Origin: Candidatus Poseidoniaceae archaeon
GTDB taxonomy: Archaea; Thermoplasmatota; Poseidoniia; Poseidoniales; Poseidoniaceae
Length of the DNA stretch: 64,000 nucleotides
Direction: 5' to 3'
Assembly (NCBI GenBank): GCA_949373075.1
Contig: CASIBX010000005.1
Span: 5,873 to 69,872, forward strand
Shown here: in pieces, positions 9,056 to 18,081 of the stretch
How positions within the stretch are numbered: the stretch's first letter is position 1
How the letters are laid out: every line of letters begins with the position of its first letter
The notes under the pieces: generated by a model
Databases searched by the model: none
What the model was told of the DNA's origin: nothing
Seen by the model: only the letters and a program-made list of their open reading frames with translations
Program-made: the position numbers and the translations under genes

Positions 9056-10222
9056 ATGAGTGAAGATAAGTCACTGTTGAACTTGACCACCGCCCATCTC
9101 AATACCGGTCTAAGAGGAGTTCCTGTTGGCACCTGTAGAACGTCCTATGTCACTCCGGGAGAAGGGGTCCATTATTGCGGATATCCGATTGGTGAATTAG
9201 CCATGATGTCACCAGAAGACATTGTGTTTTTGCTATTCCACAAGGAACTTCCAACGCTCGAGGAATCAGTTGAGTTCAGAAAGAATCTACAATCCCGAGG
9301 GGACATCCCCGACGGTATTGAACAAGTTCTTGCTACATTACCTAAAAATGGCCACCCAATGGATTGGCTTTCTATCGGTATCCACACTTTAGGGATGTTA
9401 GGTGGAGTCGATGATTGGAGAGAAGATTCATTGAATCTGATAGCAAGAATGCCGAGACTAATGGGTCTTATTTTCCGATATCGTGAAGGGAGAGAGTCCA
9501 ATATTCCAGCAGATGACTTGTCCCTTCCACTAGTTGGTAGATTTACTAATACTCTAGACTTAGATGGTATCGATAAAGCCGTAATGAACAGAGTACTTTC
9601 GACATATCTTGTACTTCACATGGACCATGGAGGAGGCAACCTGTCTACCTTTGCAGGGAAAGCTGTTGCAAGCGGTCACGCTACAGTGTATTCATCGATG
9701 GCTGGAGCAATGAATGCTTTGTCTGGACCATTGCATGGCAGAGCAAACCAGTCCTGCTTTGAATTCGTTCAGCGAATTGGAACATCTGACCCTGCTGAAG
9801 TCGAACGCTTTGTTCGTGGAGAATTAGAATCAAAGAGACCTGTCTTTGGATTTGGACATGCTGTTCTAAGAACCGAAGACCCACGTGCATCTGCTCAGTT
9901 TGCACTTGGTGAAGAGATCTGTCCAGATGACGAATATTTCAGAATCATTAGAGTTCTAAGAGAGATTGCTCCAATGGTGCTTTCTGAAAATCCAAAAATC
10001 AGTAATCCTAATGCAAATGTCGACATCGCCAGTGGCACTCTTCTCAACTTCGTTGGGTTGCAAGATTCTGAGTACTACACTACATTCTTCGGATGGGCAA
10101 GAGTAGCAGGAATTGGTGCGCAAATTGTTGATGAAAGAACGGTTATGCGTGGAGGAAAAGGAATTCCAATCTACAGACCAAAGTACATTGCAGAAGAACA
10201 GACTTTGCGTCATCTTGAATGA
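9056..10222 (+). CDS. gltA: Citrate synthase
   Basis: Motifs LHMDHGGGNLST, GPLHGRANQ and the GFGHAVLRTEDPRA signature. The track ORF begins at a TTG at 8993. The in-frame ATG at 9056 (MSEDKSLL) gives 388 aa, a typical archaeal/bacterial length. Confidence 0.9.
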   Translation: MSEDKSLLNLTTAHLNTGLRGVPVGTCRTSYVTPGEGVHYCGYPIGELAMMSPEDIVFLLFHKELPTLEESVEFRKNLQSRGDIPDGIEQVLATLPKNGHPMDWLSIGIHTLGMLGGVDDWREDSLNLIARMPRLMGLIFRYREGRESNIPADDLSLPLVGRFTNTLDLDGIDKAVMNRVLSTYLVLHMDHGGGNLSTFAGKAVASGHATVYSSMAGAMNALSGPLHGRANQSCFEFVQRIGTSDPAEVERFVRGELESKRPVFGFGHAVLRTEDPRASAQFALGEEICPDDEYFRIIRVLREIAPMVLSENPKISNPNANVDIASGTLLNFVGLQDSEYYTTFFGWARVAGIGAQIVDERTVMRGGKGIPIYRPKYIAEEQTLRHLE

Positions 10223-11247
10223 AAAATTGGCCTGGTTGTTTTACCACAACCGCGATGACCAATCATTCTAACAGCACTCCATCCTAATTGTTCATCACTA
10301 ATTTCATGCCAAGGTGTCACATCTTCTGGATTGAGACCTTTCTCTAAATCCAACCATTGCCTATCTGTCAATGGCATTGTAGCCGGCCTCAACCAACGAC
10401 TGCTTCCACATGGTAATTTCAGATCAGGATCAGCAAAATCAGTGAGGATAGACAATCCAGCACTAAGTAAATCTCTTTCCAATTCAGGGTGACCAGGCCA
10501 TACGTAGACTGGGAAACCATCTCTTATTTTTGTCAAGCGTTTCAATTGTCTACCCTTGAGACCGACTGGTCTACCAAAATGTAAGAACCTCTTGATGCCC
10601 TCAAAATAATCTACTGCACAAGGCATCATTGGAGCGCCAGATTTCTTTTGCGAATGCAATAATCTCCTAAATGAATTAGTGATGAATTCAGGAGCTGCTC
10701 GGAGTCTCTTGCTATTATGTGAACCAGTTCTAGGAACGATTGGTAATAATCTAGACCACGGTCTTTTCGAACCAGATATCTTAGCAACTTCCGACATCTT
10801 GCGATGGAATGCATAGAATACAGCCGCTTGGTCATGTATTCCAGCCTCATCTACCATTTCAGTCGCCAATTCCATAACTCGAGCCAGTCGTTTAGTTGGA
10901 TCTTTAGTAATCTCAGGTAAACTACGTTTGATTTCGAGGCATGCCACTTTGGAATGCTCTTGCCAAGGCAGAAGCCAGTCTTTGTCTGACATTAATTTTT
11001 CAAAAGAGCAAAAACCAACTCCCTCTAAGTCTGCTAAATCCCATTCTTCAACATTTTTAGGACGCCCATCAAACATGTCGGGTGATATTGAAACTGTGTG
11101 GTCGTGGTGAACTACTAGTTGGTCGTCGGCTGTAAGGCGTAAGTCGAACTCGACACCGTCCATACGTTGCATAGCCTCAACCAAAGAAGCATGAGTATTC
11201 TCAGCAGGCTGACTCCACCCCATCGGTACGGCTTGGTATGATTTCAT
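10210..11247 (-). CDS. Glycerophosphodiester phosphodiesterase (GDPD) family protein, atypical
   Basis: QPAENTHASLVEAMQRMDGVEFDLRLTADDQLVVHHDHTV matches the GDPD PENT...E.D...HHD core. The N-terminal HRG motif is absent, and an IGHRGCG string sits at the extreme C-terminus. Confidence 0.65.
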   Translation of the reverse strand: MKSYQAVPMGWSQPAENTHASLVEAMQRMDGVEFDLRLTADDQLVVHHDHTVSISPDMFDGRPKNVEEWDLADLEGVGFCSFEKLMSDKDWLLPWQEHSKVACLEIKRSLPEITKDPTKRLARVMELATEMVDEAGIHDQAAVFYAFHRKMSEVAKISGSKRPWSRLLPIVPRTGSHNSKRLRAAPEFITNSFRRLLHSQKKSGAPMMPCAVDYFEGIKRFLHFGRPVGLKGRQLKRLTKIRDGFPVYVWPGHPELERDLLSAGLSILTDFADPDLKLPCGSSRWLRPATMPLTDRQWLDLEKGLNPEDVTPWHEISDEQLGWSAVRMIGHRGCGKTTRPIFHSR

Positions 11248-11314
11248 TATTGAATCATGTGCCGGTTAACTAATCCGGCCCAACCATCATAAGCAAACAT
11301 GCAGGTCATCACTT

Positions 11315-13081
11315 ATGGCAGAAGACCAACGCGTACGAGGATATTGTGCATATGATTGGGGAAAGAGCGCTTTTGAAACATCGGTTACAACTGCTGTTTT
11401 CCCTGCGTGGTTCGCCTATTTATTTGCTGAAGCGAATGGTATTTCCACCAAATTCTTGGGCTCAGAATGGACAGCAGATACAATGTTTTCAGCTGCAGTA
11501 ATGATTGGAGCACTGATTGTTGCAATATGTGCTCCGTCTTTGGGAGTTATTGCCGACCGTAGAATGATCAAGATGTGGTGGCTTAGGATACTGACGATTT
11601 TAGGTTCAGTATCTTGTATTCTGCTAGCATTATCCACACAATTACCTGTCTCTATGGGGTGGATTTGGGCTTTGATAATGTTCATGGTTGCGAATGTTGG
11701 TCTGAATGGAGCAGGAGTATTCTATAATGCACTCTTACCACATATGGGCGAGAATTCTGAAATGGATTCCATCTCAAACAAGGCCTTTGCAGCAGGTTAC
11801 CTCGGCGGTGGTCTTCTCCTAGTAGTCCACCTAATAATGGTGCTAAACTTAGATGGCGACTGGGTTATTCCATTCGTTATGGCATCGTCCGGACTGTGGT
11901 GGCTTGGATTCGCTCAAATGACATTCAGAATGATACCTGAACCCCATATCGAAAATGAAATGGAATCGATGGGGATTGTTGATTCAACAAAGATGGCCCT
12001 TGGTGAAGTTAAATCCACATTAGGCGACATCAAGAGTTTCAAGACGCTATTCATCTACATGATAGCATATTTCTGTTTCATCGATGGAATAAATTCGGTT
12101 ACAGCACTTGCTGGAGTGTTTGGAATCGTGGTATTGGGCCTGACCACTACCGGACTAATCCTAACAATCTTAATCATTCAATTCGTAGCAGCACCTGCCG
12201 CTATTGGATTCACAAAGTTAGCAGAGAAATGGGGAACTAAGAGTGCTTTACAATTTTCACTCGTTTGCTGGTGCTTCGTAATTGTCGGAGCCCTATCATT
12301 CGCACCACTAGAACTTGAGAACCATGACGAATACGATGTGCAGTACACCTGGGATGAAGATGCAAGCATATACATTGCAGAAGCAAGAGAAGGTGTAAAC
12401 AACATTGCAGCACTTCCAGATGATGATGAACAGAAATGGGCATTAGAACATGAAGACATTCTGCCAGTCGAGCAGAATAATGATGTGAAGAGACAGGGTT
12501 ATTCGGTCAAATGGGCATTTGATGGTGATGATGAGGCGGTCCCGATAGAAGTAGTATTGACTGCAGAAAACCTCGAAGCTCTGAAGTCTACTATGGATGA
12601 ATCAAGATTCTCATATAGCGTAGAAGGGGGCGAATTTGACGGCCAAACTGGATTGGGTGTAAACCACCCGTCTAGCCTAGGTGATGGAACATTAGATGTC
12701 ATTCCAGAAACTGTTCGCTCAATGGTATGGGCGCCACTCGGAATGACTGTATTCTTCCAATTCTTACTTCTCGGAGTATTTGCAGGAGCGCTACTTGGCG
12801 GATCTCAAGGCCTAGCACGCTCGATGTTTGGACAGATGGTTCCTGAAACTCGTTCTGCAGAATTCTTTGGATTCTTTGGATTCTTTGGTAAGGTTGCAGC
12901 TTTACTCGGGCCGCTAATTTACATGCTAATGACACTCTGGTTTGATTCTAGAGTTGGTATTTTCGCACTATCAATACTTATTATTGCAGGAGCGATTATA
13001 CTGCGCAAGGTCGATGTTGAAGATGGAATCGCAGTTGCCAAAGCAGAGGACGAAAGAAACCGTTCAGCCTCTACTGAGTGA
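11315..13081 (+). CDS. MFS transporter, UMF1/Atg22-like family, with a ~140-aa acidic soluble insertion
   Basis: The N-terminus YCAYDWGKSAFETSVTTAVFPAWF is typical of the UMF1 family, and there are multiple TM helices. An acidic non-membrane segment (about 12300-12725) sits between the two helix bundles. Confidence 0.7.
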   Translation: MAEDQRVRGYCAYDWGKSAFETSVTTAVFPAWFAYLFAEANGISTKFLGSEWTADTMFSAAVMIGALIVAICAPSLGVIADRRMIKMWWLRILTILGSVSCILLALSTQLPVSMGWIWALIMFMVANVGLNGAGVFYNALLPHMGENSEMDSISNKAFAAGYLGGGLLLVVHLIMVLNLDGDWVIPFVMASSGLWWLGFAQMTFRMIPEPHIENEMESMGIVDSTKMALGEVKSTLGDIKSFKTLFIYMIAYFCFIDGINSVTALAGVFGIVVLGLTTTGLILTILIIQFVAAPAAIGFTKLAEKWGTKSALQFSLVCWCFVIVGALSFAPLELENHDEYDVQYTWDEDASIYIAEAREGVNNIAALPDDDEQKWALEHEDILPVEQNNDVKRQGYSVKWAFDGDDEAVPIEVVLTAENLEALKSTMDESRFSYSVEGGEFDGQTGLGVNHPSSLGDGTLDVIPETVRSMVWAPLGMTVFFQFLLLGVFAGALLGGSQGLARSMFGQMVPETRSAEFFGFFGFFGKVAALLGPLIYMLMTLWFDSRVGIFALSILIIAGAIILRKVDVEDGIAVAKAEDERNRSASTE

Positions 13082-13117
13082 AAACGCTCATAGCCACTGG
13101 CCATGGGAGGGTGAGAT

Positions 13118-14548
13118 ATGAGTCCGTATTGGGTGATGATGGGATTAATCCTTGTCCTCACACCAATTATCTGTTGGTTGTTCACTTTAGGGAGAGAGCA
13201 TACACGCACCCCAATGGGAAAAGCATTCGAAGTCATACATCAGAAAAGGTACTATCTCCACGCTCTAGGATATCTTTTCATCATCAAATGGAAGGCGACC
13301 ACAGATGACCTGAATGAGCCTATCAAGCAACGTACAGGCAACTGGACTGAATGGATATATTCACTTGAAGGCGACACTACCCTTTGGGTACAACAGACAT
13401 TTGAGAATGCTTGGTTGACTGAGTTTTTGAATTTCCATTATTTGTTTATTTACTTATTTTTGATATACATTACTACTGTTTATTTTGCCTATGTTGGCGA
13501 GAGAGATATGACAGACAAAGTAACTCTCAATTATTTGTTGATATATGCGATTGCAGTTCCATATTATCTGTTTTTCAATGTCGAAGTCACATCATCTTGG
13601 ATTCCAGGAATGAAGGCGTTGCTCTATCATGATGGATGGTATACCGCATTCTATGCCACCCATGACCCATTGGACAATGCCGTACCTTCACTTCACGTCG
13701 CAATTCCATTTGGAATAATTCTCCTTAATTGGCTACATTGTAAAGAGAAGGGTATCAAGATGCGTGAATGGACACATTGGCCTTACCACCTATTCATTGT
13801 ATTCAACACCATACTATTCGTATTCACTATTGCATACCTCGGAATACATTGGCTAATCGATATCCCATTGGGAATGATAGTGGGAGGGATCGGGGCATTA
13901 TTCATTCATCACCTCCAACCAAGAATGCGTAATGACCACGGTAAAATGTTTGAAGGAGTTACCAAAAAGAAAGTTATCAATCATACGTTCTGGGAAGGTG
14001 CTGCAACTCTGATAATACTCTTCCTAGTTCTTTCAGCGGTTTCATATCAAGAAAATAATGTCGATGATAGAGTCTCGATGAGATTAGGTGGAGGGGATTC
14101 CACCTATGAGATTCTAACACCACTATCTTATGGAGAAGAAGTTACCACCACAATTACTAATTTAGATGATTCGTTAACGCTCCAATTCACAATTATTTGG
14201 GTTGACGACTCTGTGTCGGCAATGAACCAAGGCGTGATTGACTGGTCTGTTTTAGAAAAGAACCACACCATCTATGAAGTTGAACCTGGAGGTGAGACTT
14301 CGGTTACAGTTACAGATGAAAACAAATGGCATCTAGTGATATTACATAATGATGCAAGCGATACTAATGATGTAATCGAGGTTCGAATTATCAATGATTA
14401 TGGCGATGACCAAATGACCAAAGCTATCGCATTATCACTTCCATCCATGTGGATGACTGGTTTCGTTTTGCATCGTTTGAAGAGACTAAAGGTGGCTGGA
14501 AGGTCATGGATTGACTCGACCCCATCCCACATGTGGGAGGAAGAGTAG
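13118..14548 (+). CDS. PAP2-superfamily-like integral membrane protein with C-terminal extracytoplasmic beta-rich domain
   Basis: Polytopic N-terminal half with NAVPSLHVAIPF and HWLIDIPLG, resembling the PAP2_3/inositol-phosphotransferase type SxH...H..D motifs. A GGAGGGTGA SD-like element lies upstream of the ATG. The family assignment is tentative. Confidence 0.45.
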   Translation: MSPYWVMMGLILVLTPIICWLFTLGREHTRTPMGKAFEVIHQKRYYLHALGYLFIIKWKATTDDLNEPIKQRTGNWTEWIYSLEGDTTLWVQQTFENAWLTEFLNFHYLFIYLFLIYITTVYFAYVGERDMTDKVTLNYLLIYAIAVPYYLFFNVEVTSSWIPGMKALLYHDGWYTAFYATHDPLDNAVPSLHVAIPFGIILLNWLHCKEKGIKMREWTHWPYHLFIVFNTILFVFTIAYLGIHWLIDIPLGMIVGGIGALFIHHLQPRMRNDHGKMFEGVTKKKVINHTFWEGAATLIILFLVLSAVSYQENNVDDRVSMRLGGGDSTYEILTPLSYGEEVTTTITNLDDSLTLQFTIIWVDDSVSAMNQGVIDWSVLEKNHTIYEVEPGGETSVTVTDENKWHLVILHNDASDTNDVIEVRIINDYGDDQMTKAIALSLPSMWMTGFVLHRLKRLKVAGRSWIDSTPSHMWEEE

Positions 14549-15301
14549 ATGGACGAGTTGCCACAAATAGATCCTGAAATAAAGAATCTATTCAACCAAA
14601 TATCTAACCACATCAGAAGCAGAATCAAATTAATTGTGATTCTCTTCATTATAGGATTGGCATTGGGCATTCCAATAGCTCACAGAGTCATTGATTGGCT
14701 ACTAAATGCAGACTTGCTCCCAGTCGATGTGAACATCATAGTCCTAACACCCGTTGAATTCATCATGCTCCAAGTTAGGGTAGGCGCATGGCTTGGTGCA
14801 GGACTGGCACTATTGGCCCTAATAATTGATGGTGCTTGGAAAAGTGAGCTATCTTCAAAAGTTCCCAAGCCAGGAAGAATGGTGGGTCTAGCGATAGCCT
14901 GTTCTGTTATCTTATCGATTTCGGGTTTGCTATACTCATGGCATCTCCTAACTCCTATGCTGCTAGACTACCTAGCAAGCGATGCTCAGGCTGCCGGATT
15001 GTCTACAGAATGGCGCCTTTCATCATTCATCGGATTTATCGTAAGCCTGTGTCTTGCTTGTGTTATCGGATTTCAAGCCCCACTCATCACATTGTTAGCA
15101 TTGCATAGTGGAGCGATTGATAGGGTGACATTACTAGCGCACAGAAGACATATTTGGTTTACTACATTTGTTCTAGGAGCGGCGTTTTCACCACCAGACC
15201 CACTGTCTCTATTCCTTGTGGCTGTACCAATTATTCTGCTGTTTGAAGCAGCGATAATTTGGGATGGTTTTACGGGCGGAAACAAGCATGTAGATGCTTG
15301 A
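14549..15301 (+). CDS. tatC: Twin-arginine translocase subunit TatC
   Basis: 250 aa and about 6 TM helices. It has the hallmark FSPPDPLS motif and a conserved N-terminal amphipathic region. The ATG directly abuts the upstream TAG. Confidence 0.8.
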   Translation: MDELPQIDPEIKNLFNQISNHIRSRIKLIVILFIIGLALGIPIAHRVIDWLLNADLLPVDVNIIVLTPVEFIMLQVRVGAWLGAGLALLALIIDGAWKSELSSKVPKPGRMVGLAIACSVILSISGLLYSWHLLTPMLLDYLASDAQAAGLSTEWRLSSFIGFIVSLCLACVIGFQAPLITLLALHSGAIDRVTLLAHRRHIWFTTFVLGAAFSPPDPLSLFLVAVPIILLFEAAIIWDGFTGGNKHVDA

Positions 15302-16094
15302 TTGGAACTGCCATCTTACCAGGAGATGGTCGTCTTTCGGTACCATGTGAATCTCCACCCACTGTAATTGGCATTCCTTGTTGCATTAACTCCCAGCGAT
15401 AAGAATCCGCATGCGAATTATGTACTGCTTCGATACAGTCTACCCCTAACCTCAGCAATTCAGGTACTAGGACTTCCATACTTATACCGTAATATTTTGG
15501 GTGTGCCAATGAAGTGATTCCACCTGCTTGTTGAACTGCTCCAACCGCCTCTAAGATACTGGGGAGTGGTCGCTCTCTAAATGCAGGACAACCATCGCCA
15601 ATCCATTTTGTAAATGCTTCGTCTACCGATTCAACAATTCCACACTCGACCATGGCTCTTGCCAAATGTGGTCTTCCTAGTGACCCTTCTGCATTTTTCT
15701 CAACATCTTCAAGTGCAATATCATGACCGTGTTCTTTGAGAGCTTTCAACATTAATTTCATTCGAGGAACTCTCGCTTCACTTAATTCCATAAGCCAACT
15801 TGTAAATTCACTAGATGCACCATCAGGGAAATAGGCGAGTAGGTGCCAAGAGGTTGGTTCATGAGTCTCGCTCTTTAGCCCAACTTCACAGGTAATCTCA
15901 ACGCCAGGAACGAATCGTATTCCTAATTTATCACATGCCTCTTGAGCTTCTTTCCAACCACTATTGGTGTCGTGATCTGTCAAAGCCCAAACCCTTACAC
16001 CTGAATCAAAAGCTCTTTGAGCCATTTCACTAGGTGCCCAAAGGCCATCACTATGCCATGAATGACAATGGAGGTCAACGCTTTCAGTCCACAT
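15270..16094 (-). CDS. PHP-domain phosphoesterase (TrpH/YciV-like)
   Basis: N-terminal DLHCHSWHSDG...ALTDHDT and C-terminal VGGDSHG metal-binding motifs of the PHP family. Confidence 0.75.
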   Translation of the reverse strand: MWTESVDLHCHSWHSDGLWAPSEMAQRAFDSGVRVWALTDHDTNSGWKEAQEACDKLGIRFVPGVEITCEVGLKSETHEPTSWHLLAYFPDGASSEFTSWLMELSEARVPRMKLMLKALKEHGHDIALEDVEKNAEGSLGRPHLARAMVECGIVESVDEAFTKWIGDGCPAFRERPLPSILEAVGAVQQAGGITSLAHPKYYGISMEVLVPELLRLGVDCIEAVHNSHADSYRWELMQQGMPITVGGDSHGTERRPSPGKMAVPIKHLHACFRP

Positions 16095-16103
16095 TATAAC
16101 TCC

Positions 16104-16781
16104 TCAAAAGTCAGGTAATTCGGGTAAGTCAAGGGGAGGTGGTGCGGCTGAAGCAGCATCTTCTTGCAGTAAATCATCCAAGTCAGGCATAGCAGGTAGG
16201 TCTGCCATTGCAGGTAATTCGGGAAGTTCTAGAGCAGGAACAATGGGTAGTGGGATTGAATCCACCCCGTCTGTCTGGAAGCCTCTTGAATCAAAATTAT
16301 CTACATTCACTTTGGTGTGGTCAATATCATTGTGAACTACTGCTGCGGCCGAAGAGGCTCCTATTTCGCCAGAAGTTAGGGTGTTGATAGCATTGGACAC
16401 TGCATTATCCTCTTGGATTGTTTCAGTCCCGATTATAGAAGCGATTACAGCCGCTGTGTTTGGATTTACTAACTCTTTAGCACTATCTAGGTTCACCATC
16501 GTTGGTAAATCTTCCATCGCTTCATATTGGTCAGCAGAAGTACCGTGGGCATGAACTACTGGGATTTCATTTTCCCTTTTAGCCCAGTAAGATAAACCCC
16601 AACTCGCAGCTATCGAGACTGCTAAAATAGTCTCAACAATGGCCCACCCAGTAGGTGTTCCGATCGGCAAAAATAATGAGAACAGTAAACCGATTGCAAG
16701 CACTAAAGCGCATGTATTTGCAGCAAAGGCGACATTAGGGTGTCTTGGGTCCACAATTGGGTACTGGAGTGTCGAACTCAA
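16104..16781 (-). CDS. Hypothetical membrane protein with Pro/acidic LPELP-type C-terminal repeats
   Basis: Two N-terminal helices. The C-terminus is LELPELPAMADLPAMPDLDDL...LDLPELPDF. The DNA repeat caggtaattcggg recurs at about 16112 and about 16211. The only start candidate is a TTG overlapping the folD stop. Confidence 0.45.
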   Translation of the reverse strand: MSSTLQYPIVDPRHPNVAFAANTCALVLAIGLLFSLFLPIGTPTGWAIVETILAVSIAASWGLSYWAKRENEIPVVHAHGTSADQYEAMEDLPTMVNLDSAKELVNPNTAAVIASIIGTETIQEDNAVSNAINTLTSGEIGASSAAAVVHNDIDHTKVNVDNFDSRGFQTDGVDSIPLPIVPALELPELPAMADLPAMPDLDDLLQEDAASAAPPPLDLPELPDF

Positions 16782-17644
16782 GAATGTTGGCTTTCTGCCG
16801 ATGTTACAGTATTGGCCATCAACATCGCTACAGTCATTGGCCCAACACCACCAGGAACTGGTGAAAGAAGGGATGCTATATTTGCCACATCCGGATGAAC
16901 ATCACCCGCTAATCTCCAGCCTCTTTCTCTGGTCTCGTCATCGATACGATTAATTCCCACATCAACAACAACAGCGCCTGGTTTAACCCAATCTGGCATT
17001 ACCATTTCAGGCCGACCTACTGCGGCGATAACAATATCTGCAGACAAACATTCAGCCTTTGCATCCTTTGTTCGGGAATGAACGATAGTGACTGTAGCAT
17101 CGGCTCCTTTTGCAGCTAATAGCAGAGCCTGAGGCATTCCAACATTGAATGAACGACCAATTACTACGGCCTTCTTTCCAGACATTTCAACATCAGCCCA
17201 CCTCAACATTTCCATCACTCCTGCCGGGGTGCAAGGAATCATTCCGTCAAGCCTTCCCTGTACAATACGGCCCAAATTAGCAGGATGAAAACCATCTACG
17301 TCCTTGCTAGGGTCTATCAAATCTGTAAGTGACTCCTCATCCATGTGGTTTGGAAGGGGAGACTGGATCAAGATACCATGCAGGCTTGAATCATTGTTCA
17401 GAGAGATTATTGCCTCTCTAACCTCTTCTTCAGAAGCTTCACTTGGAAATTCAATATGAGTGGATTTGATTCCTAACCTTTCACATGAGCGGACCTTGTT
17501 GCGAACATAAACATGAGATGCAGGGTCATCTCCAACTATTACCACTGCAAGGTGAGGCGTTACGCCGCACTTAGAAATTCGTTGCTTTAGCCTCTCTTCT
17601 AGGTCTGCTGCACACGCTTTACCATCCAAGCGAATTGCTGCCAT
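16778..17644 (-). CDS. folD: Bifunctional methylenetetrahydrofolate dehydrogenase/methenyl-THF cyclohydrolase
   Basis: From M87 of the track ORF (MAAIRLDGKACAADL...) the protein is 288 aa. It has the FolD motifs VGDDPASHVYVRNK, GILIQSPLP, DVDGFHP, PCTP, GRSFNVGMP and PGGVGPMT. Confidence 0.9.
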   Translation of the reverse strand: MAAIRLDGKACAADLEERLKQRISKCGVTPHLAVVIVGDDPASHVYVRNKVRSCERLGIKSTHIEFPSEASEEEVREAIISLNNDSSLHGILIQSPLPNHMDEESLTDLIDPSKDVDGFHPANLGRIVQGRLDGMIPCTPAGVMEMLRWADVEMSGKKAVVIGRSFNVGMPQALLLAAKGADATVTIVHSRTKDAKAECLSADIVIAAVGRPEMVMPDWVKPGAVVVDVGINRIDDETRERGWRLAGDVHPDVANIASLLSPVPGGVGPMTVAMLMANTVTSAESQHS

Positions 17645-17699
17645 ATGATTGGCGAGAGGACCTATGGTGATGAGACTTGCGTATTTGACAAAAGCAAAA

Positions 17700-18077
17700 T
17701 CACTCTTCTTCAGAATGCCATAATTGACGGTTACATGCCGGACAAATGTATTCTTCTGGCTTGGCTCCTTCAACTGTTTGCAAATTACCGCATGGTCCAC
17801 ACAAAATTGTCGATTTAATGGGCTCGTCCATCGTAACATCGACACGATACATGAATCGGCCAGCATCAGGAAGACGCTCCATTGAAGGAGTCCATGCAGC
17901 AACTGCCTCCGGACTCATACTCAGGTCTGTAGGGGTAGACATCCCAATGAAGAAACAAATAATTCCACTAAGTCCTGAAATAGCACCCATGACAATGTTT
18001 ACTGCTAGGGACATCAATGCCCCCATAAGAATCAAGACAATTCCTGATATCAGGAAATTTTCCCTCTTATTTTTCAT
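17700..18077 (-). CDS. Small membrane protein with C-terminal zinc ribbon
   Basis: Two N-terminal helices, then CGPCGN...x16...CPACNRQLW (a CxxC...CxxC pattern). It occupies the region that the over-long folD ORF would otherwise claim. Confidence 0.55.
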   Translation of the reverse strand: MKNKRENFLISGIVLILMGALMSLAVNIVMGAISGLSGIICFFIGMSTPTDLSMSPEAVAAWTPSMERLPDAGRFMYRVDVTMDEPIKSTILCGPCGNLQTVEGAKPEEYICPACNRQLWHSEEE

Positions 18078-18081
18078 CGTA

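Noticed and set aside
16778-17902. Long 374-aa version of the folD ORF
   Set aside because: The first 86 codons have no FolD similarity and overlap the independently plausible zinc-ribbon membrane gene at 17700-18077. The internal ATG at 17644 yields a canonical 288-aa FolD.
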